From Paecilomyces variotii (taxonomy: Eukaryota), in the NCBI GenBank assembly GCA_004022145.1, contig RCNU01000008.1: 64,000 bases of DNA, one strand, 5' to 3'. Under the pieces are notes generated by a model. The model made no database searches. It worked only from the letters and a program-made list of their open reading frames with translations, and was not told where the DNA came from. A program made the position numbers and the translations under genes. This document shows, piece by piece, positions 48,891 through 62,373 of the stretch; position 1 is the first letter of the stretch, and every line of letters starts with the position of its first letter.

Positions 48891-49487
48891 GGCTCCTGTG
48901 TTTATGCCTGATACTAACTCTTCGTAGCAGGATGCCAGAGATGGGTCAAAGAAGATGACACAGTTGTTAAATCCAGCAATCTATAGCTGTATAACTCTCC
49001 AGCGTATGCGCCCATGCAAGTCGTGCAGGATCTAATATATGTCCTGTCATACCGATCATCTTGCCTATCTTCGGACGATGTCCGCTGATCCCAACTATCA
49101 AAGATCTCGGCTTCCGGCACTGACAACTTATCATTTTACCAAAGGCCAGGATAAGTAGATTATTCCCGATCGGCCAAGTCGACAATTAATTGGCCGTAAC
49201 AGGATAGTGGCATTTAAACACGAGTCTGGAAGCTTGAACTTATCTCCTAGTGGCTGGTCCAATGTCTACACGCTAGGAATTCCGCACCTTTAGTTGGTGG
49301 GCAATTCTTCTATACTACGCTACTTATCAGCTGGAATCAATGCGGAGATCTCTTCTGCGGGGTTGCAATCCTGCCCGAGAGCGCATATCTGCGGCGTGAG
49401 AGACAAAAGGCTGTACTGATCTCATGTTTATGGTTATGGAGTTTTTTGAGAAAGCATCTTGCTTCCTTTTCTTATTTCCAAAGATCA

Positions 49488-50897
49488 ATGCCTACAGTAG
49501 CGAACTGGATGGACATATCATATCGAGAATTTGACGACGAAAACTTCAGCATGCAGACGAGGACTACACCTGAAAAGTTGCTCAAGCCTTGGCTGCCCCA
49601 ACCGCAGAAAACGTATATTTTCAGAAATGCAAATATTATTAATCCGGTCGATGGTTCAGTCCGTTCAAACAGCACCGTGAAGATATCTGGCGGCTTCGTA
49701 GAGAGCATCACCGACACTATCGCCGAGGAAGCAGAGATAGCCGACTCAGGCGTGACTGTTCTTGATCTTGGATCGAAGTACCTCTGTCCCGGGCTGATAG
49801 ATTGCCATGTGCATCTCACAGCTGTTCCTGGAGGGAAAGACCTCGGTGGTGCCTTCGGAATTGCAGAGGATGTATCGAAATTCAGGCAGCCGTTCGTTTG
49901 TCAACAAATGCTCCGTCGAGGGTTCACTACCGTCCGGGACTGCGGCGGTGCTTCTCTGGCTCTAAAAGAAGCAATTGCAGAGGGTGTATTTCAGGGTCCT
50001 CGTCTGTTCATTGCCGGCCATGCTTTGACGCAGACGGGCGGCCATGCTGATCTTCGGGCTAGTCATGATCATACTGAGTGCTGTGGTGGCACGGTGACCG
50101 GTCTGGGAAGACTCTGCGACGGCGTTCCTGAATGTATCAAGTATGCCAGGGAGGAACTAAGGAGCGGTGCTGATTTCATCAAGATCATGACCGGCGGAGG
50201 TGTAGCTAGTCCTACAGACGCGCTCACCAACCTTCAGTTCACTGCTGAGGAGATCCAGGCAATCACAACAGTGGCAGATACCTATGACACATGGGTCACT
50301 GCGCACGCGTACACACCTCGTTCAATAATGCACGCGATCAACAACGGGGTCAAGGGCATAGAGCACGGAAATATGATCGATACTGAAACAGCTAAGATCA
50401 TGGCCGAAAAAGGCGTCTTTCTGACACCAACCCTAATCGCATACTCCGAAATGTCATCTCCACGATGGCCTGGTTTTCTGCCACCAGAATCAGTCGTAAA
50501 GAATGAAGCAGTTCTTCGCGCGGGATTGCGCTCTCTTCAAATCGCCTCCGAGGCTGGTGTGACTTTGTGCTATGGCACCGATCTTCTTGGACCTTTAGGT
50601 ATTGCGCAGACGAAGGAATTCGCTATACGATCCCAGGTGCTGTCGCCGTTAGCCATTCTTCAGAGCGCAACGGTAAATGCAGCAAAGATGTTACGCAAAC
50701 CTGATTTCTTGGGTCAGATCCAGCCGGGTTTCGCGGCGGATCTTTTGATATTGACGCAGAATCCCCTTGAGGACGTGACGATTTTTGATGAACCTGACAA
50801 GAACCTACTAGCTGTGATCAAGGATGGGAGGGTAGAGACAAGCCGGTGGTCACAGTTGTCAGAGGAAGTGTCGAACCCTGTATCAGTCATTGAGTAG
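49488..50897 (+). CDS. Metal-dependent amidohydrolase (Xaa-Pro dipeptidase/ochratoxinase-like subgroup)
   Basis: PGLIDCHVH, RGFTTVRD, FIKIM (carboxylated Lys), AHAY, EHG, GTD, ADLLIL; intronless; start could be 49488, 49509 or 49551. Confidence 0.92.
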   Translation: MPTVANWMDISYREFDDENFSMQTRTTPEKLLKPWLPQPQKTYIFRNANIINPVDGSVRSNSTVKISGGFVESITDTIAEEAEIADSGVTVLDLGSKYLCPGLIDCHVHLTAVPGGKDLGGAFGIAEDVSKFRQPFVCQQMLRRGFTTVRDCGGASLALKEAIAEGVFQGPRLFIAGHALTQTGGHADLRASHDHTECCGGTVTGLGRLCDGVPECIKYAREELRSGADFIKIMTGGGVASPTDALTNLQFTAEEIQAITTVADTYDTWVTAHAYTPRSIMHAINNGVKGIEHGNMIDTETAKIMAEKGVFLTPTLIAYSEMSSPRWPGFLPPESVVKNEAVLRAGLRSLQIASEAGVTLCYGTDLLGPLGIAQTKEFAIRSQVLSPLAILQSATVNAAKMLRKPDFLGQIQPGFAADLLILTQNPLEDVTIFDEPDKNLLAVIKDGRVETSRWSQLSEEVSNPVSVIE

Positions 50898-51395
50898 ATG
50901 ATCTTGAAATTGCATCGCAAGGTGGTTCATAGGACCTGCATGCTGGTTTCAAAGAGGAAAAAAAAGCATGGACATGGAATTAGATATGAGGAAAGTGGTA
51001 ATCAGTAAACCCTGATTTCGTCTGCTATACACAACTAGGAATTATGTTATTTCCAGCTAGATCAATCATGATGCTGTGATGCGCCGCTGAGTCCTGTCCA
51101 TCGCCTAAGATTAATATTTTTATTTCTCATTGAAGAGCTAATTTTGATGCCCGAAGATGCAAAGGGAAAAGATTCTAAATGATTTAATAATACTGGGCAG
51201 GGGATATTGGGAGAATTCAGTAAATGCAACACATAACGACGGCCAAAGTAAAGAAGAACCATAACTCATCGGAGCCAAATCTCTGGTGTCATCTCTCTTC
51301 CACTGTCCATCAAATTCCTCCCGTAGCCCTTCCTGTCTATGGAATCGTAAAGTTGGAAGAAGAGAAACAATACTGCATGCTCGCTAAGAATTTCA

Positions 51396-52585
51396 TCATA
51401 GGGTTCCCGCGGCACCCGTCTTCGTCACGTCAGCAGTTGCTGGACCCTCCCTGCTGAGAATCCACATAAAAACGAACTGGACGATGTACGAATAGATGAA
51501 GAGGAATTGGGTGCGGCGGTTCCGTTGAGATCGGGCAACAGTGTGCATGGAGCCTGTGCGCATAGAGGTATCACTGGTAGAGTCCGGAAGGAGGACGTAT
51601 TTAAGGGAGCGGAGCTGCGTATATGTCAGGCTTGTTCGAAGGAAAAGAGAGATTTATTGGAGCTCACCAGGAAGAAAGCATTAGCAAGGAAAGTGTAGGT
51701 AAACACTGTCCAACCAACCCAGCCACCAGTTCCACGTCCCGGGGTCAGAATCTCAGACACAAGCATGGTCACGATGATTCCAACGAATTTGTATCCTGAA
51801 TACGCGACTAGGTCCAGTAGCTGAGAGTCGTTTGTGATGCTCAGAAGATACATAGCTACCTTCAAGCAGAGAATCTCAAAGAATATAACAGCCAGAGCTG
51901 TTGTCGTAATGGACCCCAGCAGCTCCGGGTGGAAGCTGCCCCTGAGACCGGCCAGAACGGTGCAGAGGAGAATATATGTCACCACGGCCATCGTTGGAAT
52001 GTACATATCCGGCGAATTGATATCATCACGAGGAGGGAGGAAGATCGACGAGTATTGTTGCTGCGTGATCTGACCATTGGGGCCTGCGGAAGTCGCCGTC
52101 AAACGTGCTTGCTGGCGAGACCAAGGCTTATGCCGCCAAGGGAAGAATACGAGTGCTAGCTTGCTGAGGACATAGGAATTGGACACATTGAAGTAGTGCT
52201 TGAGGGCGGGGATAGAAATGTAACGGTTGAACTGCAGACGGTTAAGATCGTACAGACATTAAAGACAGCCTTGAACGAAGTGAGATGGTTTCCATACATT
52301 TTGTTCCATATATTCTTGCCCAGCCATCATCGCAGTCTTTCCCACCTGGAAACCCATCTGGGCCGTGGGTTCGTTGATGAAACCACCGAACCCAGGCGCA
52401 AATGTCCCGCTTCCGCCCTGCGCGGGCGCAGGCTGATATGGATTCCCATAGCCAGCACTCTGGGACTGCGGAGGAACCGGCGGAGGAGGAGATCGCATCA
52501 TAGGGACCGTCGAGACGTGTTGCGGCACCGGATGGTGTAGCGGAGGGGAGTGCGCGGGCGGCGGAGCAAACGACGAGCGCTGCAT
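51396..52585 (-). CDS. yif1: ER-Golgi transport membrane protein Yif1, multi-exon
   Basis: FPWRHKPWSR, PPRDDINSPDMYIP, LDLVAYSGYKF; Pro-rich N-terminus. Confidence 0.92.
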
Positions 52586-52876
52586 GGTGGATGGAGACGA
52601 GCAAGGAGAAACGGGAGGAGTGAGGAGTGAGGAGGAGGTCGAGAGGAGTCGTAGAGGCGCAGACCTTGGTTGCGGAGCGCTCGTGCCGCGGCGAAGATGG
52701 TTGTGATCCTGAATGTGAAGATAGTTAAGTTGCACTTCCGGGGTTGCGAGTTTGGACTCCATTAGTTAGTACGTGGCCCGAGTGTCGCGCGCCGACAGCT
52801 TTCGCCGCAGCTTCTCCCCACACCGTTCATTGCTCGTCCAGTTTTTGCAGCGCGACAACCAGAAAAGCCAGTCGAT

Positions 52877-54933
52877 ATGTTGGATGCTTTTGAGATTTTC
52901 ACTACCTCCGGGGTCGTTCTCTGGTCGAGATCCTACGCCCCGGTTGGCGCTCATGTCGTCAACGGTCTTATCAACGATGTGTTTATCGAAGAGAAAGTGC
53001 GGCCGCAAAGTCATACTGTCGAGGGTGTCTCGCCGGTTTACAAGAGGGAGAAGTACAGTCTGAAATGGAAGAAAGTCGAGGAAATGGGCCTTGTCTTTGT
53101 GGTTCGTTGTGCATCTCTTTTTAGTCGCAATGGACGGTGGCATTGACATCATGGAAAACTATCTAGGCCGTCTATCAATCTCTACTTCATCTCAGCTGGA
53201 TCGACAAGCTTCTGGACAATATAGCCACGATCTTTGTCGACCTTTACAAATCGGAGCTGAAGAGTCTCCGGGCAAGAGTAGTCGTGTACCCATTCGACAA
53301 ATACTTCGACCAGCAGGTTCGGGAGCTTGAAGGCACTGCGGTTGAAGCCAAGGAGCCTCTTGTGGCGACGAAGGAGAAGGACGACCCGTTTGTCTCGTCT
53401 GATAATGGAGGTCCGCCTCCGCCGCCGGTTCCTGCCCTTCTCAAAGGTATGCTTGATTGATTTTTACCTGAGGAGAAAGCTGCTGACCATTGAACAGCGC
53501 AGCCTCAAGCTGCGCGGACTGAGGCGCTCTCTCTTGAGAGTACGCCATCACAGTCTCCTAATACATCCAGGCCGTCTACCCCAGGTTCTTCTCACATTAT
53601 CACAGGAAAAACTGGCCCAGGTGGACGTGTATCCCGCCGCGCACGCAAAGCCGCCAATGCGAACGCGAACGCTTCCTCGGGCGAAGAAAGTTTGAAGAAA
53701 GGAAAACCAAAGACTACCGGGAAGAAGATGCGAAAGTGGGATGCGGATGGCCTTGCTGACGAGGATGACGGAGAGGTCCTTGACTATTCTGCCGCGCCAG
53801 ACGAGGAGGGACAAGTCCCGGCTGTTCAAGCTGTGGCACAGGAATCTTGGGGAAAGAAGACCGGAAAGGGCCAGTTCGTACTGAAGGATCTGGGCGAGGA
53901 GATCAACTCTATTCTCGAAAGTGCAGATGCACAAAAGGCAAAAGCCGGGTCTTCGACGGGCATCATGGGTTCCGGTTTCAATGCTATTGGTGGTCTTTTC
54001 CGCAATATTGTGGGAGGCAAGGTCTTGACCGAAGCCGACCTCGAGAAGCCCCTGAAAGCCATGGAAGATCACCTCTTGAAGAAGAACGTAGCGCGAGAAG
54101 CGGCGATCCGTCTATGCCAGGGAGTCGAGCGCGAACTTGTTGGAAAGAAAACCGGTAGCTTTCAGAGCATTGATGCCGCGCTCCGAACTGCCATGGAGTC
54201 TTCTCTGCGGAAGATGCTTACTCCTACTTCGTCCCTGGACCTCCTACGTGAGATCCAATCCGTGACGGCACCAACTAGCAAATCGCAGACGCCTCGTCCG
54301 TATGTCATTTCCATTGTTGGTGTCAACGGAGTTGGAAAGTCAACGAACTTGAGCAAGATCTGTTTCTTCTTGCTTCAAAACAATTACCGTGTCTTGATCG
54401 CAGCCTGTGATACCTTCCGTTCCGGGGCCGTCGAGCAGCTCCGCGTACATGCTCGGAATCTGAAGGAACTTAGTGCGCGTGAGAATGTTGGTGAGGTGGA
54501 GCTCTACGAAAAGGGATATGGCAAGGATGCTGCGAATGTCGCGAAAGATGCCGTGAACTACGCTGCTTCCAACAAATTTGACGTTGTCCTGATCGACACT
54601 GCTGGACGGCGCCACAATGATCAACGTTTGATGTCTTCGCTGGAGAAGTTTGCCAAGTTCGCCAATCCTGATAAGATATTCATGGTGGGAGAAGCTCTTG
54701 TCGGAACAGATAGTGTGATGCAGGCCCGCAATTTCAACCAGGCGTTCGGTCCTGGTAGGAATCTGGATGGATTCATTATCAGCAAGTGTGATACCGTTGG
54801 TGATATGGTTGGCACCTTGGTCAGTATGGTCCATGCGACTGGTATCCCAATTGTGTTTCTGGGCGTTGGCCAACACTATGGTGATCTCAGAGGCCTCAGT
54901 GTCCCCTGGGCTGTCAACTTGTTGATGAAGTAA
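52877..54933 (+). CDS. srp101: Signal recognition particle receptor alpha subunit, 3 exons
   Basis: MLDAFEIFTTSGVVLW longin domain; GVNGVGKST, DTFRSGAVEQL, DTAGR, SKCD; introns ~53103-53167 and ~53447-53498. Confidence 0.95.
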
Positions 54934-55371
54934 TATGTCGGGGCAACCATGATATCCGCTCCACTGTTACCATTAATCGTTATGCATAGCTTGAATATAG
55001 ACATGAAAGTTGTGACTTAATTTGCTACTCCCTAGATATCTCAGGTCGATCTTACACTTTACTATGTAGAATATCTGAGAAGGTTAGAAGATATGCAGAG
55101 TTCTGGCAGATGATTTCTAAATAGCTTTTTGAAATATAAACGACGAAGTAGCAATGCTCACACTTATAAAGCGTAGAGAAATCTTCTTATGTTCTATATA
55201 GGACTGCTGTATATGCACTTTAACAGGAGAAATATGTCTACCAATATTAAAAGTGAGCTGCTGCTTTCTCCTACGCAAAAAATTAGCTTTATATCTAGGC
55301 AGGGTCGGAGAAAAGAGCTGTATTGAGAGACTTTACCTTTCTGCCAGTTCATTGTCGCGATAGTTGGTACC

Positions 55372-56831
55372 TTAATACCCCATACCGCGCACCGAATGTA
55401 AATGATACCCATGCTGGCGGGCTACCAGATCATCCCAGTTGTCTAATGTCTCCTTCATAATGTCCGTTCCTGTGCCTGTAGTTAGCATTTACTTTTTCTG
55501 AGTATTGCTAAACTAGAGACTCACCCCACATGAAATCCTGCCAGGCATGATCTGCCCAGAGATCTGGGTTTCTGCCTGGACCTCGAATAGCCTCGTCACG
55601 CTTGCGTTGTTCTTCACCGTCTGGTAAATGCAAAGCCTTCCTAGTCACAGCCGCGCTCTGTTGAATGCGTTCTGCCCGCTCTTTGCGCACTATTTCGTAT
55701 ACAGAAAGCGCTGTGGGAACCGAATCGGTTAAAGAAAGCGCGCAGGTGAGGACCGCTGCATCTTCAATGGCTTGCGCAGCACCTTGTGCCACATATGGAA
55801 GCATCGGGTGGCAGGCATCACCCATCAAGACGCATTTATTCTCGACCCATGAGGGCAAGGGCATGTGGGAATTCAGCGTCCACTCCATCACCTCGCCATC
55901 CGGAACATAACTGAGCAGGCTGCGCACCAAGTCATCCCAATTCTGGTAGAATGACAGCATCTCCTGCTTATCACCTTTCTTCGTCCAACTCTCCTCATTG
56001 GGTGAATCAGCCTTCTGAGGATGTAGCAGGACCATGTTGTATACTGTGTTCTTTTTAATGGGATATGCCATGATATGCCCGCCTGGTCCCATCCACCGCA
56101 TGCCTACGTTACTGTTCAGTAAGTCCAATGCACGCTGATCCCCCTGCATCTTCTCTTTTGGGATCAGGATTCGATAGGCTGCATCGCCAGTTGGCAGGAC
56201 TGTGTCATGGACGCCGTGATGGGACGCGATCTGTCGCCGGATATCTGACTTGATCCCGTCCGCCGCAATCACCACATCGCCGGAGATCCATTCCCCTGAC
56301 TCCAGCTGCACCTTGGCTTCGAAGTCATCGGCTACTCGCACAACACGCGAACTTGTCCGAATTTCAACCCCAGCGGCCTTGTTCCCGTCCACTAGGATAC
56401 TTTGCAGATCTCCTCGATGGATGACTGCTAGAGGTGCGTGGTACTTCTTACCGACCTATGGAGTGGTGAGAACTTGCTGATAACAGAGTATCCTGAAAGA
56501 TAGAACGTACCTCGGGCATCAGAGGCGCTGTTCCGAGTTCCTGATTGTTTGCATAGCGTCGCAGGGAATTCTTCTCCAGGACATTCGCTTTTGCCATAAC
56601 CTTGTCCAGCAAACCTAGGCGACCGAGAATGCGAGCGGCATTAGGAGCCACCTGAATGCCAGCCCCTACCTCTGCGATCTCGTGCGCGCGTTCTAGGATA
56701 AGAACTTCATGTCCGGTCTTCTTGAGCCCTAGAGCTACCGACAAGCCAGCAATACCAGCGCCCACAACTATCACTTTCAATGGGCGCTTGGCTTCGAAGG
56801 ACCATTTGAAATCGTCCTGATAAGTATCCAT
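55372..56831 (-). CDS. FAD-dependent monooxygenase (salicylate hydroxylase-like), 3 exons
   Basis: VVGAGIAGL, EVGAGIQ, AADGIKS, GDACHPMLPYVAQGAAQAIED; last exon ends ...HLHSVRGMGY*. Confidence 0.9.
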
Positions 56832-59043
56832 GTAGACTTTCGACTTTTCTTTTTTTGAATTTGCAGTATAAATGAACAAAGGGCAGTAACTCCGATCTAT
56901 TTTCAGTCGTGGGGTATGCGATTCTTTATATATTTCAGCCATCCAACCCTGGAATGCGCTGGATACGACCTGTACATTTTGGTGTCAGCACCATATGTCG
57001 GCAATGAAGCCCGGATGAGGGCAGCTGTATGATAGAGGCGAGCGGTGTAGGAACCATCTACTCTGAGCGATCCGAGACTCCCAATAGCCACGATGCCCAA
57101 AGACAAATTGCAAGACCATGTTTAAGTCTGGCCATCCTACAGGCCAGAAAAGAAAGATAGGAAATAGCTGGGGTGAGTGGAGCTTTCGTCAGTAATACGT
57201 TATATAGACTCGGCAACTTTGTCGGTATTTAGGTCGGAAGCGGCCTCTGCTACTACTTAGGGATGCTATTCTGACCGAAGACAGCATAAAGTGCAGTATC
57301 CAGACGTAGCGGGTTAAATACATAAACCGGGCGTACCTTAAGAGATCCCCTCAACATGGGATAAGTTCAGCAATCCTACTCATAACTTCCATAAGATACT
57401 GGTGTCGATTTCACAAACTCTTCCGGAAGGGGCGTATTCTCCCTGAGATTGTTCAAGATGATCAGCAGTTTGTACGGACCCATGCGTCTATGAAATATTG
57501 ACCTTCTGTAACTAGGCACAGCCAGTATCCACTTAACATTTCTTATCTTCAGCAAATTCTGGGAAAGTTGAAGAAATGATCTAATCCCAAACTATGGAGA
57601 ACTTTCAGGGCCGGTGTATATGTCTTTGATCTCTGATTGGATATGTGTATATTTGATTAACAAATGATGTTGGAGAAGATAAAGGGAAAACAAGAATTAA
57701 CCAGGCACATATCTTCGCCGGGTAAAGATTCTCGCGCCATTGTAACTGTCTTTTGTGCCTCAAATCAGTGCGTCATCTCCTTCTGTATAGTTACGACAGA
57801 GTAAATCTTGGACTCAATCTTTGTGAATTTAAATCAATTTGAAACCACGTTCTAATTAAAATTGGTAAGTACGTAAGTAGGTACTATTGCATAGTACGCG
57901 CGTCAGCCATCGTATCGAGGCCTAAGGTCATATAACCCTAGTGTCTGGAGCGGAGGACACGGTTCTCCTCTGTCTATACAGAGATTCGACTATAATGAGG
58001 TACTTGATGGCATCGAAACTCAGATATAGCCAGAACCACAGAGACAATAGTGAGCCTGCGAATAACGATAGTGTTCAATCCGAGACCAAAATATTTGAGA
58101 GGGATTATACCTATAATAACTACAGAAGCGGAAGCGATGCCTCCATTGTAGCTCGACGCACGCAGCTTTCTCCCGGGACCGGGAGCTAATATGATGTGAA
58201 TGGTGAGATGAATGGTTGAAATGTTGAAGCCTGCGTTCATTGACCGTGTCAAAGTAGTCTTCAGACTATAATCTAGTATATCTTTTGTAATGCTGGTAAG
58301 TATGCAAACAATATTCCTACTAATATCTTCTGTAGTGAAAAAAGAATGGTAGTCAACTTGTATACAGATCTATGATCAATAACAGAAGACTACTAAGTTG
58401 ACAAGTATTAATCGTAAGCGGTGTAAAATCTTTGCTGGCTGTCTTGTTCGGATATTGCTGCTTTGCTGACAATACTTCTCGCCTGAATTATGCAGTTTGG
58501 AATCCCGCAATTATCAACCAGGATGACCTGGTACTTGAGAGGAACTAGATTTCGCGCTTACTATATACCCTTTTCGTCCGAGTAGGATATTGTCACCGGT
58601 AATAATCATTGCTTAGCCTTATTTCCGCGGTGAAAGTTTTTATAAGATTCAAAATGGGAAAGATTTGTCAGACATTACACCCCTTTTCTGACTGACTACT
58701 GCTGATTGTAGAACATCCATAGAGGTAATTCAGAGCGGGGAGGATTCTCATATAATAATAATATCACTCAGTTAGAAATCTAGACGTACATCATGAATTA
58801 GTAATACACAATAACAACAACAACGATGGAAGTTCCAGATCACGCGCAATAACTGAGATAAATGATCTCGATAAGTGAGCAAAATATTCTAGCGAAACAC
58901 CAGTCTAATGCTAATTCAATGCTTAAGGCGAGTCGAAAAGAAAGAAAGAGACGGATGATATGCGAACAGAAAACAAAACAAGCAGTGGCAATGTCTATAT
59001 CTTGAAAAATGCAGATGTGATAATCCTCATACATATCGCTAAA

Positions 59044-59587
59044 CTAGCGACCGGTAGTTGTCGGGGGTGTTTCCCAGTGGCGAAGCATCAGTTGAACAGC
59101 AGCTGTCCATTCCTTGATGCATTCATTCGAAAGCCATTCGATAAGCTCCGGGGTAGGTTGCTTGTCACCCCACATGGCAGGTTTTGCGGCGAGGATTCTG
59201 GCATGTTTTGGAATGAGTTGCCTGTTTAATGGGGTTAATACAGGGGCCATATATTAAAACACAGGACGAAAACACAGACTTCTCTTGAATCTTGGTAAGG
59301 ATCAACCAGCAATAGTTCCAGCTGCGACAGCTCTGAGGATCACTGGATACTAGCCACTTCGCTTCGTCCAGACACTCAGAGCTGAAATGATAGTTCTTCG
59401 TCAATCCTCTTAGCTCGTTGAGTAGGTTGTTCGAATTGACATAGTGTAGCCATGCGCTGGTCATAGGCTCTGTAACGTCCGCAGATCCGAGCTGTGCAAA
59501 TACTTTCTCAACTCGACGAAGTTCAGTAATTGTATTTATGCGGTGGGTGCGAAGTGAGTGAATCAATTGAGATTTGTCTTGCTGCAT
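59044..59587 (-). CDS. Hypothetical protein, 2 exons
   Basis: MQQDKSQLIHSLRTHRINTITELRRVEK...; intron 59222-59279 joins the two ORF-track pieces in frame. Confidence 0.75.
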
Positions 59588-60461
59588 TTTGGGTATCAGT
59601 ATACACTGCGTTGAATGGGATGAAGAAAACGAATATGTCGAACAGAAAGAGAACCGAGTGAAAGAAATATTGATAACAGATGCACAGACAGGGATATCGA
59701 ATATCTTGCTATTGAATTTATGGAAAGTCTGGGACATCTGTTCAAGCCGCGGGGGTCTCGTATGTCTTTTAAAGCCTGCGCTGACGTTGCTTGTGAACCA
59801 GATATAATGTTTAGCGTCTCCGGATGGCAATTCTCATAGTCATACTTCATCTTCAGGCATGCTTATTGTATCAATTTGGCCAATCGGGTGCCCTGGACCT
59901 TCAGGTTTATGCGGCTCTCAGGCACATACTGTGTGGAGATGGCGTTGTATGCAGTATCTATGACTATAAGCTGTTCATGTAACCGTAGAAGGCCTGAAAC
60001 ACCTGAAATAGAATCATGCAGTTTAAAGATATATCAGCAGGAGTGGCGAAGAGAAGAATTCGAAGTAATCTTGAGGTACGTCTCTGTAATTGCTCCTGCT
60101 TTCGAAGGCCGGTAGACAGAACAGGTAAATGTTAGCGAGCAACAGATATAGCAGGTGCCTCGATAGAGTAGGCAATTTAGGTTCTAGCAAGATAGGAGCG
60201 CACCTAATTCGCAAATCTCCTTACAAGAGTCCTTATGTATTTACGTCTATGGGTACCAGGTTCTCTAGTACTGGAATCAATAACACATGTACGTGGGCCA
60301 TTCTACATAGCCCTTGAACACCATAAAAGGTTACATCAAATGGTGGTGAAGCAGCGTAAGCTCTATAAACACCTTCTGGAAGTCGATGGAAGAAGAACCG
60401 TACCAGTTACCCACGCTGACAGTGAATGGACTTACCTATCAGCTAGTCACTTTTCCTGGAC

Positions 60462-60500
60462 AAAAAAAAAAGAAAAAGAAAAAGAAAAAGAAAAGAAAAG
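60462..60500. repeat. poly(A)/(GAAAAA)n simple repeat
   Basis: Purine-only run. Confidence 0.85.
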
Positions 60501-61350
60501 ATAGAGGATTATCAGATAGCGTGACATCATCGGCTGACTATAATTATTGACTGACTCAATAATCGGTAAAAGAAGCCTGGAATAGTTAGGTGTTAGATCA
60601 TCTCACGTCAAATAAAGGACGATATTAGCAATGATGAGAAACGCTTGGGGGCTTTTCTCTCTTCCAAGTATGATCGATGTCAGCCCTGATCTTAACAGAA
60701 CTGTGACCCGCATCAGCTGAGTACTTCCCTCAAGAAGCCCAGCAAGAGGATGATTAATCCAGATCTGTACAGACCTTAATCAATAAGAATGAGGGATTTC
60801 ACAATCAAAGAAGCTTCTGGATTACGCGTGGAAGAATCGCTGACAGTAGCTAATGCAGAGCACAGCCTCTGATGGCGCTGATGTAGGGCCTTATCTTGCA
60901 CCTCTTGGTCTAAGGACCCTGATTTCTTGATCAAAAGTAGTTTAATTACGAACCAAGCAGGGGGGGTTTACGGTTAGCCCATGACTGTTGGCCATGATCT
61001 TCTGCGGGGGAGCGTCGATCTGTTGTTACACATTGCTCGACAAGGAGACCACATGGCATCTATGGCTGACATATGGAGATCACCGGTGAGAAAGCAAAAC
61101 GCCCCTGTAAATCAAAAATAGCAATTGGTGGAGATCTGACCTGCTGTTATATCGCTCGAATGAGACAGATCCTCTGAGGCAGGGGTCTAGTAAGCACTAA
61201 ACGCAACGCAACGGTAGGGCTGCGCAGCACATATACAATATTTGGACTTCAGAAGAAGAATCTGCTGCGCTGTAAGTGCTCTGTGTTTTTCTTAAGGACT
61301 CTTAAAAATAATAACCATTACACATTTCTGGGTACTATCATTTCCGTTAT

Positions 61351-62373
61351 TCACAAAGCAGGAGTATCCGCGAACAAATGATCTGCCATTTGCGCGGGAT
61401 ATCGTTCGCCATGCACCTCTGCATTCTTACAAGCTTTTCTGATGATGTCTACATCTTCCTTGCTCAGGTGGACATTCACAGCACCAATATTCTCCTTCAG
61501 TCTGTCGATCTGGGTGGTACCGGGGATCGGGAAGATGTCCTCTCCTTGAGCCAAGAGCCACGCCAGCGTCAGTTGGCCAGCAGTGCAGCCCTTCTTCCGT
61601 GCGAGCGATTGAATTTCGTCGACGAGCTGCAGGTTCTTTGGGAAATTCTCCTCTGAGAAACGTGGAGCCATGCGGCGCCAGTCGCCCTCCGGAAAGTCGT
61701 TTGGTGAGCGGTATTTGCCGGTCAACATGCCACGGCCCAGAGGACTGTAGGCGACGACGGCAACACCAAGTTCGCGACATGTCTCGAGGAGCTTAACTCT
61801 GGGGTCCTCGATATCGAGGGTGAAAGGCGAATATTCAATCTGAACGGCAGTGATCGGGTGGACCTTGCATGCACGACGCAGAGACTCTGCACTGCATTCA
61901 CTCAACCCGAGATATTTGATCTTGCCTTCCTTCTTCAGCTCAGCCATCGCCTGCACCGTCTTCTCGACAGGAACGTTCTTATCCAAACGGTGGCAGTAGT
62001 AGAGGTCGACATATGGAAGGCCCAATCTCTTCAAGCTTTTCGCACACGCTTCCTTCACATACTCCGGGTCGCCTCTGATCTCCAGGGAGCCGTCAGGCTT
62101 CGGATGCAACGCGAACTTGGTTGCCAAGAAGATGTCCTTGCGTTTTTCGGGGTTGGCCGCAAACCATTTGCCCAGCAAATCCTCATTGTCCATGTAGATG
62201 TCGGCCGAGTCCCAGAAATGTTCACCAGCCTCGTATGCGGCATCCAGGACTGCAAATCGCTCGTTGTCAGGCTTGGGAGGGCCATAGAAGGCGGATAGAC
62301 CCATACAACCGAAACCGATGCGGTTGACCTCAGGGCCGTTTCGACCGAGAGGGGCTTTCGGGATTGACGCCAT
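61351..62373 (-). CDS. Aldo-keto reductase (YakC-like)
   Basis: IGFGCMGLS, WDSADIY, LATKF, DLYYCHR, LGLSE, AYSPLGRG, PIPGT. Confidence 0.93.
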   Translation of the reverse strand: MASIPKAPLGRNGPEVNRIGFGCMGLSAFYGPPKPDNERFAVLDAAYEAGEHFWDSADIYMDNEDLLGKWFAANPEKRKDIFLATKFALHPKPDGSLEIRGDPEYVKEACAKSLKRLGLPYVDLYYCHRLDKNVPVEKTVQAMAELKKEGKIKYLGLSECSAESLRRACKVHPITAVQIEYSPFTLDIEDPRVKLLETCRELGVAVVAYSPLGRGMLTGKYRSPNDFPEGDWRRMAPRFSEENFPKNLQLVDEIQSLARKKGCTAGQLTLAWLLAQGEDIFPIPGTTQIDRLKENIGAVNVHLSKEDVDIIRKACKNAEVHGERYPAQMADHLFADTPAL

